A DNA stretch of 64,000 nucleotides, from IMG/VR virus record IMGVR_UViG_3300025435_001056, positions 96,001 to 160,000 of that record. The stretch is one strand, 5' to 3'. Below, one piece after another: positions 10,707 to 19,883 of this stretch; position 1 is the stretch's first letter, and every line of letters begins with the position of its first letter. A program made the position numbers and the translations under genes. Under the pieces are notes generated by a model. It saw nothing but the letters and a program-made list of their open reading frames with translations. It was not told the origin of the DNA and did no database searches. Source of the DNA: a virus.

Positions 10707-10953
10707 AGAAACCGGACCCCTGTTAAAAAGTCCCATGGACTATATGCGGGATCGCGACAGCTTTCCTTATGCTCAGGAAATAGTCAAACCGTTTGGCCAG
10801 ATAGAATCGATTCTGGACTGGTGCAAGGAAGAACTGGTAGCCGAATGGCGCTGGCAGTTGATCAGTGCCAGTACCGATACCCGCCCGGGTCGCTACTGTT
10901 TTTTCTTTGATTCCGAAAGAGATTGTCTAGCATTTACCATGAAATGGGCCTGA
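10693..10953 (+). CDS. Hypothetical phage protein
   Basis: WC...W...F..ERD..AF.MKW pattern. Confidence 0.6.
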   Translation: MNLRRETGPLLKSPMDYMRDRDSFPYAQEIVKPFGQIESILDWCKEELVAEWRWQLISASTDTRPGRYCFFFDSERDCLAFTMKWA

Positions 10954-10982
10954 TTGACCAGTAATGATTTTTTTGTTACAAT
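10954..10982 (+). promoter_or_regulatory. sigma70-like early promoter
   Basis: TTGACC-17-TACAAT. Confidence 0.7.
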
Positions 10983-10991
10983 ACATATACT

Positions 10992-11342
10992 ATGAAAAAT
11001 TACAGATACCTAGGTGAAACAGCAGAAGTTTTGGGCAATAGATTAGATGCGGCTCGTGAGGCTAGAGATCGAGCTCGATCAGTCTGGGCCCGTAACTATT
11101 GGAATCAGGCCGTGGAACGACTCTTGTTCCAGTGGCATCAATTGCCCATCCTACATGATGCAGACGCCCGCATGACCATCATTCCTCGTTGGAACATAGA
11201 CTACAATTTTTATGAAGGTGACTATGGCAACGAAGGCTATGGCATCACTGACCGCGTGTTTGAAAAATTATTTAAACACGGCAACGACCTGACCGCAAGT
11301 TGGGAACGCAACAGAGAACGCAGATTGGCACGGGCACAATAA
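10992..11342 (+). CDS. Hypothetical protein
   Basis: ORF directly after the promoter. Confidence 0.65.
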   Translation: MKNYRYLGETAEVLGNRLDAAREARDRARSVWARNYWNQAVERLLFQWHQLPILHDADARMTIIPRWNIDYNFYEGDYGNEGYGITDRVFEKLFKHGNDLTASWERNRERRLARAQ

Positions 11343-11518
11343 TGACATATACTAAACAAGCAAGATTTACTTCAGCTGACGGAAAAATTTTCCTAGTAGA
11401 TGAAGTTGTACAAGGACCAGCCGGTCTTACAGTGTACTATCACAACGAGGCCACCGAGGAACAATACAGTTGCCTGTTGGAAGCATTCGCAGAACGATTC
11501 CGAGAGCTGGTGCAATGA
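11342..11518 (+). CDS. Hypothetical protein
   Basis: Coupled TAATG start; YSCL.EAF..RF pattern. Confidence 0.6.
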   Translation: MTYTKQARFTSADGKIFLVDEVVQGPAGLTVYYHNEATEEQYSCLLEAFAERFRELVQ

Positions 11519-11706
11519 CCGACGATCGCCTCATGGTGGTACAGGCTGTGTTTGATGGTAAATTGAGTCAAGACTATCTTACACAGGACGAAATTGACGA
11601 GTTTGCTATCTTGGTTGCAGACGTGGCCATGGAACAGCTCATGAGCGAAGCTGAGTCTCGTGGATGCAGTGTTTTTGAAGGTATAGATGGAGATCCTGTA
11701 CACTAG
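11515..11706 (+). CDS. Hypothetical acidic protein
   Basis: ATGA overlap. Confidence 0.55.
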   Translation: MTDDRLMVVQAVFDGKLSQDYLTQDEIDEFAILVADVAMEQLMSEAESRGCSVFEGIDGDPVH

Positions 11707-11707
11707 G

Positions 11708-11736
11708 TTGACACAGTAATAGTTTTGTTGTAAAAT
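11708..11736 (+). promoter_or_regulatory. sigma70-like promoter
   Basis: TTGACA-17-TAAAAT. Confidence 0.7.
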
Positions 11737-11798
11737 AGTAGTTAATTGGCAATAGATGAATAAAAACTTGCGCCAAATACAATTTGAAAGAAAATAAA

Positions 11799-13025
11799 AT
11801 GCAATCAGTAAGTAATCTTGTCGTAGATAGCACAACAGCGCCACAGTGCGTTCCTCCACAGACCTATGCTCAAAAGGTCAATTCCAAATACAGTAATTCA
11901 GACTCATTCTTTGTAGATCTCAAGAAAAGAATTGACGATACCATAAACGGATTACCACATTTCAAACAGATAGGGTTGCGTGGTAGCCTAAAAAATGCCA
12001 TGGATATTTGGCAAAAAAACTTTTCTCATATTAAACAGTTTTCAGATTTGCAATTGGTCAATTGTCACTATCGACCTCTCAGCGATATATTGATCGATAC
12101 AACCATGCAGAGAAAATTAGATTTATCCTGGGTCATGTATTTGTTGAAAAAGTTTTGTGAAGTGCAGGCAGTACCAATTCAAGTCTATCAAGTAATCAAA
12201 GGTGAAGCTGAACTAAATTACTGTCCTGTAGGCGAAGAGTTATATGCTAGCTGGGATGGTCAACACACCGCTGTGCTATTTTATTTCATTGCTGTTTGGA
12301 TACTGGGTGAAGATCCTACCAAAGTTATGATTCCAGTAAACATTTATCCAGTTAGTAAAAAAAGCGTAATCCGTCAGGTGTTTGTTGGCAATAACAGTAG
12401 CGATGGCAAAAAACTTTTGGAGGAAATCGACCTATTCCAGCAAAAAGTCTATGGTGTCCGCATTGACGAAAACAACAATCCAGACTGGGTGTCTGCCGAG
12501 CTCAAGCAACAGTATCTTGAACAGGCAGATTTATTTGTTACAGCAGAAAAATTTGGAGATACCCAAGAACCCGGAGCTATCAGTCGTATGCAAGAAATAA
12601 ATGGCTATTCTAGCGACATCATTCGTAAGTTTGCCATATACACCACAACCATTCCAGTAGCTCGACCAATTGCCAGTCAGGAAATAGAGATCATGTGTCG
12701 TTTCTTTGATGTTGCCAAGTCCAGTGCAGTAGATTACACTGACGAGGAAATAGTTGATCTAGGACAACATTTGCATGGATTGTTTGACGCTAATTTTCAC
12801 GAAAGTAGTCCGCTTTGGGACAAAGTACGCACAGCCTACAATAACTGGTGGGATGATTTTTATGACGGAATTCCAGAGGACCGTAAACCTACTCGCAGTC
12901 GTGTTAGCAAGAATTGGACCACAGGAGGACCTTTTTTATGGCATCAATTGAAAAAAACTTGGGATGGCCGTTTGCCAAGAATGATCAACAGTCCATTTCA
13001 ACCATTTGCTAAGGATCTGTATTAA
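11799..13025 (+). CDS. ParB/Srx-superfamily (DGQH-motif) protein
   Basis: IDTTMQR and WDGQHT motifs resembling DGQHR/DUF262 domains. Confidence 0.6.
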   Translation: MQSVSNLVVDSTTAPQCVPPQTYAQKVNSKYSNSDSFFVDLKKRIDDTINGLPHFKQIGLRGSLKNAMDIWQKNFSHIKQFSDLQLVNCHYRPLSDILIDTTMQRKLDLSWVMYLLKKFCEVQAVPIQVYQVIKGEAELNYCPVGEELYASWDGQHTAVLFYFIAVWILGEDPTKVMIPVNIYPVSKKSVIRQVFVGNNSSDGKKLLEEIDLFQQKVYGVRIDENNNPDWVSAELKQQYLEQADLFVTAEKFGDTQEPGAISRMQEINGYSSDIIRKFAIYTTTIPVARPIASQEIEIMCRFFDVAKSSAVDYTDEEIVDLGQHLHGLFDANFHESSPLWDKVRTAYNNWWDDFYDGIPEDRKPTRSRVSKNWTTGGPFLWHQLKKTWDGRLPRMINSPFQPFAKDLY

Positions 13026-13026
13026 C

Positions 13027-13590
13027 ATGAAAAATACTCAATCCTTGGTGGAAGGATTTGTCAAACCCAGTAGAGGACGCGGTGTCAAACGCGACGATTT
13101 GGCTTATGAACAGGCCCTAGAAACCACAACTATAGAATTAGAGCGACTATTAGATATCTATCGCACCACTGTATTTGTGGAGGACATGCGAGCCCGATTG
13201 TATCGCGATAGCATTGATCACTGGATTCGTCGTTATCACGGTTATGCAATTGAAGGAAAAATTAAAAGTCATTATCGCGAAATTGGAGTAGACGAAAAAG
13301 ATTCGGTATTTGAACACGTGCTACCGGCTAGTAGTGTGGTAGACATGCTGATACAGGATCGATTGACCATTAATCAAGCTCTGAATACCCCGACCTGTCT
13401 GATCAAAAAATCTAGTGACCTAGTGTTAAAGGACAATGGTCTGACCAAACAGAGCCCAGATAATTGGCGTTTTTTTCGACGTTATTCAGTTTTAAATTCT
13501 AGTTTTGTAACGTATGACGGGAAAGCAATTACCAATATCAATGACTGGACATTGGATAATCACTGGAATTTATTTGGAATAACACTATGA
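13027..13590 (+). CDS. Hypothetical protein, possible HNH-like (EHxxP) nuclease
   Basis: FEHVLP motif; immediately follows the DGQH gene. Confidence 0.5.
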   Translation: MKNTQSLVEGFVKPSRGRGVKRDDLAYEQALETTTIELERLLDIYRTTVFVEDMRARLYRDSIDHWIRRYHGYAIEGKIKSHYREIGVDEKDSVFEHVLPASSVVDMLIQDRLTINQALNTPTCLIKKSSDLVLKDNGLTKQSPDNWRFFRRYSVLNSSFVTYDGKAITNINDWTLDNHWNLFGITL

Positions 13591-14645
13591 GCTATCTGGA
13601 CGAAATACGAAAAAAGTACGACATACGGGACCATGTAGAGTCCCCAGTAACCATACCCAATTTGCCCAAGGAAGGAATCGTACTGATTGTGGGTACTTCG
13701 GGGTCGGGCAAAAGTACTATACTACGCAACCTAGGTATTGCTAAGTCTCCGGTGGTAAACAATGACCGCACAACCATTGAAAACTTTTCCTCTCCCGAGC
13801 GTGGTGAAGAACTCTTGTTGGCCTCTGGGCTTAGATCAATACCTGCTTGGTTCAGACCTCCTGGCACCTTGAGCAATGGTGAATATCACCGCTTTGAAAT
13901 GGCTCTGTGCCTGGACCAAGGCATTGGTGTGGTCGATGAGTTTACCAGCGTGGTTGATCGAGACACTGCCAAGAGCCTGGCCTACAGCATGCGCAAGTAT
14001 TATGATCAGCGTGGCACTGACCAGCCCTTGTACATAGCATCATGCCACAGAGACATTATTGACTGGTTAGATCCTGATTACATCTACGACACTGACATGC
14101 AGGAATTAACTGCAAGGGGGTCGCTTCATCTTCGATTGGGGCGAAGACCCGAACTCACACTCACCATCAAAAGCACAAGTGTCGACCATTGGCGACATTT
14201 CCGCCGTCATCACTATTTAGATACTGCTATCTCACGAAGTGCTCACTACTATGTCCTACTGCTGGGTGACAAGCCCATCGGCTTTCATGCCGCCATACAC
14301 TCAACCAACAGAGATATTCACTCCTACTGGCGTGGGCATAGAACTGTGATCCTGCCCGAGTTTCAGGGTATGGGCATAGGTACTGCCTTCTCAGATGCCA
14401 TTGCTGAGATCTATGTGAGTCACGGATTTAGATACTTTAGCAAGACAGCACATCCAAGTTTTGGTGAACATCGTCAAAAGAGTCCGCTCTGGCGAGCCAC
14501 CAGTACCAACTTGAAAAGTCGCTTAGGCAGTTACCTGCTGAAAGATGGCACTGCTAGAAAGATGCCCGGCTATGGTGGCACCACTACTGCCAGAGATGCT
14601 GGTCGACTTTGCTACAGCCACGAATACATTGGCAAAAAATCCTAG
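13587..14645 (+). CDS. ABC-type ATPase fused to a GNAT acetyltransferase
   Basis: Walker A GTSGSGKST, signature LSNGE, Walker B VVDEF, H-loop SCH; GNAT motif A VILPEFQGMGIG. Confidence 0.8.
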   Translation: MSYLDEIRKKYDIRDHVESPVTIPNLPKEGIVLIVGTSGSGKSTILRNLGIAKSPVVNNDRTTIENFSSPERGEELLLASGLRSIPAWFRPPGTLSNGEYHRFEMALCLDQGIGVVDEFTSVVDRDTAKSLAYSMRKYYDQRGTDQPLYIASCHRDIIDWLDPDYIYDTDMQELTARGSLHLRLGRRPELTLTIKSTSVDHWRHFRRHHYLDTAISRSAHYYVLLLGDKPIGFHAAIHSTNRDIHSYWRGHRTVILPEFQGMGIGTAFSDAIAEIYVSHGFRYFSKTAHPSFGEHRQKSPLWRATSTNLKSRLGSYLLKDGTARKMPGYGGTTTARDAGRLCYSHEYIGKKS

Positions 14646-14673
14646 ACCTCTATAAAAAAATATTCTTTGCAGT

Positions 14674-14726
14674 ATAGATAAAATCTATTAAAATTGTTTG
14701 ACAATAGAGATATATAATTATACAAT
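14674..14726 (+). promoter_or_regulatory. sigma70 promoter of ahpC with OxyR/LysR-like box
   Basis: ATAG-N7-CTAT (14674-14688) upstream of TTGACA(14698)-17-TACAAT. Confidence 0.55.
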
Positions 14727-14779
14727 AAACTATCAGTACAAACACTGATCCACCAATTTTACTTTGAAAGGAAACAAGC

Positions 14780-15322
14780 ATGAAAACAGTAGGACACAAA
14801 TTAGAAAAGTTTACAGTAACCGGCGTTCGTCCAGGACAGCCAGAGGATGCATTTTTTGACATCACCGACGAGTCATTCGCCGGCAAGTGGAAGGTAATTG
14901 TTTACTATCCAAAAGATTTTACATTCGTATGCCCAACTGAAATTGTTGCATATGACAAATTGAATCAGGACTTTGAGGATCGCGATGCAGTCCTGTTGAC
15001 AGGTTCAACCGACAACGAGTTCTGTAAGGTCAGCTGGCAAAAGAGCCACCCAGACTTGATTAATATCAAGCACACACAGTTTGCTGACACACAGCGTGGC
15101 GAGTTATCATTGATTGAGCAGTTGGGAGTATTCTATGCTCCTGCCGGTGCCGCACTTCGTGCCACATTTATTGTTGATCCAGACAACACAATCCAACACG
15201 TTACAGTCAACAACTTGGATGTGGGTCGTAGCCCAGAAGAAACACTTCGTGTGTTGGATGCGTTACAAACAGGCGAATTGTGTGCTTGTAACCGCACCGT
15301 AGGCGGAGCCACTTTATCGTGA
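14780..15322 (+). CDS. ahpC: Peroxiredoxin AhpC
   Basis: YPKDFTFVCPTE motif, GR..EE.LR.LDALQ, C-terminal Cys. Confidence 0.95.
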   Translation: MKTVGHKLEKFTVTGVRPGQPEDAFFDITDESFAGKWKVIVYYPKDFTFVCPTEIVAYDKLNQDFEDRDAVLLTGSTDNEFCKVSWQKSHPDLINIKHTQFADTQRGELSLIEQLGVFYAPAGAALRATFIVDPDNTIQHVTVNNLDVGRSPEETLRVLDALQTGELCACNRTVGGATLS

Positions 15323-15522
15323 GCGATGATGCTGTACGCAGTCTGGCCAAGGCCGTCAGTTGGCGGGTCACCGGAACCATTGATACTTTCATTATCAGTT
15401 GGATCATAACCGGTGAACCCTTGATTGCCAGTGGGATTGCGTTTACAGAAATCATGACCAAAATAGCATTGTTTTGGGCCCATGAACGGGTCTGGAACCG
15501 AATACAATGGGGAAAGAAATGA
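15319..15522 (+). CDS. DUF2061 small membrane protein
   Basis: RSL.KA.SWR...T.DT...HER.W..I.WG pattern. Confidence 0.75.
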   Translation: MSDDAVRSLAKAVSWRVTGTIDTFIISWIITGEPLIASGIAFTEIMTKIALFWAHERVWNRIQWGKK

Positions 15523-16037
15523 GTTGGATAGATACTATCAAGGAAGCATTACCAGATTATGCCAAAGACATAAAATTAAATCTGGATTCAGTTATTAAAA
15601 GAAGTACCTTAACAGATGAAGTTGCTAATGCGTGTGCGTTAGCCGCGGCGTTTGCTACAGGTAATGGTAAATTAATTACATTTGTTAGCAGTAATTTTAC
15701 AGACGAACAAACTGTTGTTCGTGATGCCGCACTTACAGCGGCAAGTTTAATGGCAATGACAAATAGTTGGTACCCCTATGTTGAAATGGCCGACGATCCT
15801 GCGTTAAAAGGCTTACCTGCTCAACTCAGGATGAACGCTATTGCTAGCCACGGTGGTACAACTAAGGCTAATTTTGAAGCATTTAGTTTGGCCGCAAGCA
15901 TTGTGGGCAAGTGTCATTTCTGTGTCAAGGCACACTACGAAGGTCTCAAAAAGATGGGTTACACAGTAGAACAGTTGCGTGACATTGGTCGTATTGCCGC
16001 GGTAATCAACTCGGTGGCCAAGGTGTTGAATTCGTAA
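15519..16037 (+). CDS. ahpD: Alkylhydroperoxidase AhpD
   Basis: LPDYAKDIKLNL and AASIVGKCHFCVKAH (CxxC) motifs. Confidence 0.9.
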   Translation: MSWIDTIKEALPDYAKDIKLNLDSVIKRSTLTDEVANACALAAAFATGNGKLITFVSSNFTDEQTVVRDAALTAASLMAMTNSWYPYVEMADDPALKGLPAQLRMNAIASHGGTTKANFEAFSLAASIVGKCHFCVKAHYEGLKKMGYTVEQLRDIGRIAAVINSVAKVLNS

Positions 16038-16069
16038 CACAAATGTAACAATTGGGTCGTAAATACCTT

Positions 16070-16285
16070 ATGGTACTAGAAAAAGATCACGACCGAGTAG
16101 CTCGGTGGAATCACGACAACAATTGTTGGTTCATTCAAGATCGTATTATCTATCGTTGGTGCGATCTACGAGGTCGCAGTGTCACCGATTGGTATGATAA
16201 TCTTTCGGTGGCGTTAGAATACGCTATAAATCGGGCACAAGATAAGGTGAACGCTGGATCCGTAACCAGCACTAAAGAGCCGTAA
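16070..16285 (+). CDS. Hypothetical protein
   Basis: ATG 4 nt after TAAATA; followed by a terminator. Confidence 0.5.
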   Translation: MVLEKDHDRVARWNHDNNCWFIQDRIIYRWCDLRGRSVTDWYDNLSVALEYAINRAQDKVNAGSVTSTKEP

Positions 16286-16297
16286 GGCTCTTTTTTT
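16274..16297 (+). terminator. Rho-independent terminator
   Basis: aaagagcc-gtaa-ggctcttt plus T run. Confidence 0.8.
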
Positions 16298-16364
16298 ATT
16301 ATCATAATTTTTGACTTGCTTTTTGATATATAATATGTTACAATAATATTACAAAGGAGACGCC

Positions 16365-16496
16365 ATGAAGGTTAAAAAATTAATTGCAAAGCTATATCGT
16401 GCTGAGATCGAGCACAACATGGCCCAGGCCAAGAAGTTTTGGTTAAAGCTATTGAAAAAGAGCCTTAAGGGCAAGCACACCGAAGCAGTCAAGTAA
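16365..16496 (+). CDS. Small basic protein (43 aa)
   Basis: Below the track size cutoff; SD aaggag; MKVKKLIAKLYRAEIEHNMAQAKKFWLKLLKKSLKGKHTEAVK. Confidence 0.6.
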   Translation: MKVKKLIAKLYRAEIEHNMAQAKKFWLKLLKKSLKGKHTEAVK

Positions 16497-16539
16497 TACA
16501 GTATTTTGATACCTAAAACCAAGGTCGGTAAATATTGGT

Positions 16540-17424
16540 ATGAGTGTAATCATACTGACAAAACTGGATCGTAACGAATACGAATCGACTCGTTTAGTTG
16601 AAAGTTTTGCGGCCAAGGGCATTGAAGCTCGTATGTGCCATCCCGACGACTTTGATATCATTGTGGATCTCGACATACATAAGGGCATCAAGTACAAGGG
16701 CGAAGATCTAGAACTGCCCAAACTGGTCCTGGTGCGGTTGGGTGCCGGCATACTGCCATTCCAACTGGCAGTGGTGCGTCATTTTGAACAGGCTGGGATT
16801 CCTTGTATCAACGGTAGTTTGCCTATAGAAACGGTCAAGGACAAGTTGCGTAGTAGCCAAATCTTAAGTCGATCAGGTATTCCTATTCCCAACACCATGA
16901 TGGTGCGATTACCCATAGACGATGGACTAGTGGAAACAAACATTGGCTTTCCCTGTGTGGTCAAGGTTGTAACCGGTTCGTACGGTGAAGGTGTTTATCT
17001 TTGCGAACGAAAACGCGACTACAAGAAGTTGATGGAGTTTGTGGACAACCTGGGCAACAAAAAAACCATGATAGTGCAGGAATACCTGGGTGAACGACCT
17101 GGTGAAGACCTGCGAGTCTTGGTCATAGGCGGCAAGGTCATAGGTGCCATGCGCCGTACCGCACCCGAAGGTGATTTCCGTGCCAACATCACCAACGGCG
17201 GCACTGGCGAAAACTTTGAAGTCACAGAAGAAATCGACTACATTGCCAGAAAAACAGCTCGATCTCTAAATTTAGACATTGCTGGTGTTGATTTGTTGTT
17301 TGACAAGCGTGGATTCCGTGTGTGTGAAGCCAACTCAAATCCTGGTTTTATTGGCTTTGAAAGATTCTGTGGCGTAGATGTAGCAGATTTAATCACGGAA
17401 TATATCAAGTTCCGCACACAGTAA
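16540..17424 (+). CDS. rimK: RimK-family ATP-grasp alpha-L-glutamate ligase
   Basis: DK.RS.Q.L, G.P.VVK...GS.G.GV, QEY, DLRVLVIG, FRAN...GG, GVDLL and EANSNPG motifs. Confidence 0.9.
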   Translation: MSVIILTKLDRNEYESTRLVESFAAKGIEARMCHPDDFDIIVDLDIHKGIKYKGEDLELPKLVLVRLGAGILPFQLAVVRHFEQAGIPCINGSLPIETVKDKLRSSQILSRSGIPIPNTMMVRLPIDDGLVETNIGFPCVVKVVTGSYGEGVYLCERKRDYKKLMEFVDNLGNKKTMIVQEYLGERPGEDLRVLVIGGKVIGAMRRTAPEGDFRANITNGGTGENFEVTEEIDYIARKTARSLNLDIAGVDLLFDKRGFRVCEANSNPGFIGFERFCGVDVADLITEYIKFRTQ

Positions 17425-17444
17425 ATCTATAAACAACATCAATT

Positions 17445-17513
17445 GACCCCGTTTAAACGGGGTTTTTGTCTATTAACTAAACGGTTGACCCAAAATGATC
17501 AATTTTGTATAAT
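17445..17513 (+). promoter_or_regulatory. Terminator + sigma70 promoter cassette (copy 1)
   Basis: gaccccg-tttaaa-cggggtt+T, then TTGACC(17485)-17-TATAAT. Confidence 0.75.
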
Positions 17514-17538
17514 ACAATATACAATCATCGGAGTCATA

Positions 17539-19263
17539 ATGAGCAATACGGCCATAAAAAATATCTTGATTGATTTAAGGACCGATCCAACCAACACAGC
17601 AGATGTAAATGGCATTGCCATAAACTCACCTGCACAGATTAATCCCTTACTCGATCATCTCAAAACAGCGGGCTACAACACAGTAACCTTCAATGTGGAT
17701 GTGGGTATCGACATGAACACCGGCAAGATCGATCTGAATCCAAGTCCTGGGTTGAACACTTTGCCATCGGCACATCTTTGGCAAGACGTGGCCTACGCTC
17801 ATAGCATTGGACTATCTGTCAATATTTTGACAGTGCCCACAGTGATCTATAATGCCAACGGAACTCCAAATTTTTCAGATACACCGATTTCATCAGCTAC
17901 ACCCTTGGCCGCAGGTGTTAGCATCGATACTGTATTTAAAAATATAGCCAGCTACGAAACTACCTTAGCTACTCTGGCTCAACAAAATCATGCGGAAACT
18001 TTTTATATAGGTAGCAACAATTTTGGATATGATTCTGCAACCTACGCACCCGAGTGGCAACAAGTAATCAATGCAGTTCGATCTGTTTATTCTGGAACCA
18101 TCGCCTATCAGGCCTGTTATGATAATGCAGTATTTGGCATGGTTAATCAAATTGACTATTTGCCAAATCCTGTGGTTTCAACCACACCAATTTATAATTT
18201 GGCCCAGATTGTAGAAGGGTATTATCACACACCGGTATGGACCAACGGGCCCACGTATTTTCAAGAAATTGCCGCAATGGTGCGAGAGTATGGCGCAACG
18301 CCAATTGTATTGGATGCTTTTCAGGCACAGGCTTCGAATACCGGTATAGGAAATCTGACCTATGCATTTTCCACATTGATGGACAACGGATCCAATGCAT
18401 TGACCAGTCTTCCACAACCAAATCATGTTGAACAGGCCCTGGCATATCAAGCATTTTTGTATGTGGCTCAACACTTAATGGCTTCCCAAGTGTCCGGAGT
18501 TGGCATAGACGGCTACATGCCCTGGGCACAGGCTGCATGGTTACAAAATCCTGGAACTAACACCAATGGACAACTTTGGAACTTAATGAATCAACTTGGC
18601 AATAATCTTTGGGGAGATTCCACAGTCGAAGCCGTCATTGCCCAATCTTTTGCAAACAATCCATTGCCCAATTATTTTTTTAGTACTCCAGCGAACGATA
18701 CTGTCACAGGTAATCCCGGAGTAGTTAACACCGAAGTCTTCTATGCCAGTTCAACTGCAAGCACAGTTACCAAGACTTCTACAAGTCTCACAGTCACTAC
18801 ACCAATGGACGGTACAGATACACTTGCCAACATCCAGCGACTTGAATTTAGTGACACCGTGATTGCGTTCGATTCGGCCCCGGGACAGATAGCCGGAGAA
18901 GCCTATCGTTTATACACCGCTGCCCTGGGTCGCACTCCTGATACCGGAGGACTGGGGTTTTGGATCAATGCCTTAGATAAAGGTGAATCATTACATGACG
19001 TGGCTGGCGGTTTTGTAAACAGTCCAGAGTTCCATAACAAATTCTACGGTGATGGCTCCAATGGTGTTTTTGTTACAGCATTGTACAATAATGTGTTGCA
19101 TCGTGCTCCGGATGTGGATGGTTACAATTTTTGGGTTAACAGTCTAAATCACGGTGCTGATCGCGCAGATATATTGGTTGGATTTTCTGAGTCTCCAGAG
19201 AACGTAGCACAAACTGTTGGCCTTGTGGGGCAAGGCATACACTATGATCAATATTTGGGTTGA
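17539..19263 (+). CDS. Glycoside-hydrolase-like TIM barrel + DUF4214 domain protein
   Basis: C-terminal YRLY.AALGRTPD.GGL.FW...SPEF...LY.NVL.RAPD..GY.FW...FSESPEN (DUF4214); GTDTL.NIQRL.FSD motif; N-terminal GH113/GTA-TIM-like region. Confidence 0.7.
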   Translation: MSNTAIKNILIDLRTDPTNTADVNGIAINSPAQINPLLDHLKTAGYNTVTFNVDVGIDMNTGKIDLNPSPGLNTLPSAHLWQDVAYAHSIGLSVNILTVPTVIYNANGTPNFSDTPISSATPLAAGVSIDTVFKNIASYETTLATLAQQNHAETFYIGSNNFGYDSATYAPEWQQVINAVRSVYSGTIAYQACYDNAVFGMVNQIDYLPNPVVSTTPIYNLAQIVEGYYHTPVWTNGPTYFQEIAAMVREYGATPIVLDAFQAQASNTGIGNLTYAFSTLMDNGSNALTSLPQPNHVEQALAYQAFLYVAQHLMASQVSGVGIDGYMPWAQAAWLQNPGTNTNGQLWNLMNQLGNNLWGDSTVEAVIAQSFANNPLPNYFFSTPANDTVTGNPGVVNTEVFYASSTASTVTKTSTSLTVTTPMDGTDTLANIQRLEFSDTVIAFDSAPGQIAGEAYRLYTAALGRTPDTGGLGFWINALDKGESLHDVAGGFVNSPEFHNKFYGDGSNGVFVTALYNNVLHRAPDVDGYNFWVNSLNHGADRADILVGFSESPENVAQTVGLVGQGIHYDQYLG

Positions 19264-19289
19264 TCTGTTGCCAAAAAACAACATCTTTT

Positions 19290-19359
19290 GACCCCGTAAA
19301 AAGCGGGGTTTTTACGATTTTACCAAAAGGTTGACCAAAAATGCCCAATTTGTTATACT
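19290..19359 (+). promoter_or_regulatory. Terminator + sigma70 promoter cassette (copy 2)
   Basis: gaccccg-taaaaag-cggggtt+T, then TTGACC(19331)-17-TATACT. Confidence 0.75.
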
Positions 19360-19389
19360 ATTATTATAGTGAACATAAAGGAGCAGAAC

Positions 19390-19662
19390 ATGTCAAAACT
19401 TACAGCATACACAGTAGAAATTTATAAAGCAGATCGTCGTGTTACCGCGGGTCGTAGATTGGTTGAGAAGCGTGACTTTGATCCGGTTACCCGTGACTAT
19501 ATCGACACAGTGGTTGAAAAGCTTCAAACCAAAGGTATCACAGTTGAACTACACGAAACCTTTGTGACCAAAAAAAACCTAATGGGCGGTCGAGAGTTTA
19601 CCGAGCGTTACGACACTCCGTATTTTTGCTCGCCTGCAAGTGAATCTTACTGGAGCATGTAA
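19390..19662 (+). CDS. Hypothetical phage early protein
   Basis: SD aaggag; NLM.G..F.E..DTP..CSPASE.YWSM C-terminus. Confidence 0.75.
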   Translation: MSKLTAYTVEIYKADRRVTAGRRLVEKRDFDPVTRDYIDTVVEKLQTKGITVELHETFVTKKNLMGGREFTERYDTPYFCSPASESYWSM

Positions 19663-19667
19663 TTCGA

Positions 19668-19696
19668 TTGACCAAAAATACCCAATTTGTTATAAT
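19668..19696 (+). promoter_or_regulatory. sigma70-like early promoter
   Basis: TTGACC-17-TATAAT, 27/29 identical to the promoter at 19331. Confidence 0.8.
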
Positions 19697-19726
19697 ATTA
19701 CATATAGTTAGAAATTAGGAGCAGAT

Positions 19727-19882
19727 ATGACCCGTAAACATTTCGTAGCAATGGCCCAAGAAATTGCCCAAATGCCAGATCGTGAATCAGCTCGTATTGC
19801 AGCCGAGGCCTTTGCGGCAGTGGCCAGAACTGTAAATTCTCGTTTTGATACCGAACGTTTCTTGACCGCGTGTGGAGTTTAA
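19727..19882 (+). CDS. Small hypothetical phage protein (51 aa)
   Basis: SD aggag; MTRKHFVAMA...NSRFDTERFLTACGV. Confidence 0.7.
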   Translation: MTRKHFVAMAQEIAQMPDRESARIAAEAFAAVARTVNSRFDTERFLTACGV

Positions 19883-19883
19883 T

